Positions 62,935-64,000 of a stretch of DNA of 64,000 nucleotides are shown one piece after another. Under the pieces are notes generated by a model. The model saw only the letters and a program-made list of their open reading frames with translations. It had not been told where the DNA came from and ran no database searches. A program made the translations under genes and the position numbers. Origin of the DNA: Gracilinanus agilis (Eukaryota); assembly GCF_016433145.1 (NCBI RefSeq), contig NC_058131.1, forward strand, positions 340,511,052-340,575,051. The letters run 5' to 3'. Each line of letters opens with the position of its first letter. The stretch's first letter is position 1.

Positions 62935-63720
62935 TATTTTTTTTAATCTCCTAATTGTGATGCTTATTATTTAATTTTAATGAACCATGCTGGAACCACT
63001 GTACATTCTTCCCTATGCCCAATTACATGTAAAAACAGTTGCTTACTTTTTCAAAGAATATTGAGTCTCAAATTCTCTCTTTCCCTTTCTCCCTCCCCTC
63101 AATCCCTCACCCCACCTTGAGATGGTAAGCAATCTCATATAGATTTTACATGTGCAATCATGTAAAACATTTTTTCATATTAATCTTTTTGTGGAAGGAA
63201 ACTGAAATAGAAAAAAAATTAAGAAAATGAAAAAAGTTTACTTTGGTCTTGATTCAGACTCATTTCGTTTCCTCTTGAAGCAGATGACATTTTTAATCAT
63301 GAGTCCTTGGGGATAGTTTTGGATCATTGTATTGCTGAGAATAGCTAAGTTATTCACAGTTGTTCATTGTAAAGCATTCCTGACACTGTTCAATGTCTTC
63401 CTGGTTCTGCTTATTTCATTTGGCTTCAGTTCATGTAAATCTTTCCAGGTTTTTCTGGTTCTTCCTTGTCATTTCTTATAGTATAATACTATTCCATTAA
63501 AATCATGTACTATAACTTACTCAGACATTCCCCAATTGATGGGTGTCCCCTCTACTTTCCAAATCTTTGCCCCCCCTAAAAAGAGTTGCTTTAAATATTT
63601 TTGTACATGTAGGTCCTTCCTCTTTTTTTATCTCTTTGGTTTATTATTATTTACCTAATAACAGCATTCCTGGGTCAAAGGGTATGTACTATGTTATATC
63701 ATTTTGTGCATACACCTAAC
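62935..63720 (-). mobile_element. Old L1 3' fragment
   Basis: Reverse L1 3'UTR motifs (ggatcattgtattgctgagaatagctaagt; cagttcatgtaaatctttccagg; cattccccaattgatggg). Confidence 0.8.
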
Positions 63721-64000
63721 CTGCATTCTTAAGGGGGGTATTATTATATGGGAATTCCTTATACCAATGAAATCACTGTTAAAGTCCCTTTTCCTGTATA
63801 ATGCTGTTGAGGGTAACTTAGGATCATAGATTTGGAGTAAGACATGAGAGCCCATCTACTCTGATATCCTCATTTTACAATTGTGGAAAATAGAGACAGA
63901 AGTTAAGGAATTTCCCAAAGGTCACACAGGTAGTGAATGGCAGAACCACGATTCACACCCAGCTCCTGTGACTACTGATAGAAGGCATTTTCCATTGCAC

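Overview
64 kb of AT-rich, CpG-depleted, repeat-dominated marsupial DNA. The SINE1_Mdo-like, MAR1-like, MIR, L1, L2, L3/CR1 and RTE-type repeats point to a didelphid opossum such as Monodelphis; family names are from recall, not a database search. I can support no intact protein-coding gene, so the window is most likely intergenic or part of a very long intron. It has a 462-N assembly gap at 34165-34626. Best-supported structures: an L1 with 5'UTR, decayed ORF1 and 3' tail but no ORF2 (9097-11576); two hAT MITEs with perfect 8-bp TSDs; a solo ERV LTR with a 4-bp TSD; a perfect 37-bp fold-back inverted repeat inside an old L1; and a ~93%-identical 190-bp direct repeat pair. More speculative: a CpG-retaining ~300-bp segment at 32.3-32.6 kb (possible BED-finger/hAT transposase relic and/or cryptic exon) and a dense HNF4/FOXA/NF-kB motif cluster at ~60.6-60.95 kb. 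Repeat boundaries without TSDs are approximate. I found nothing I can confidently call a new biological system.
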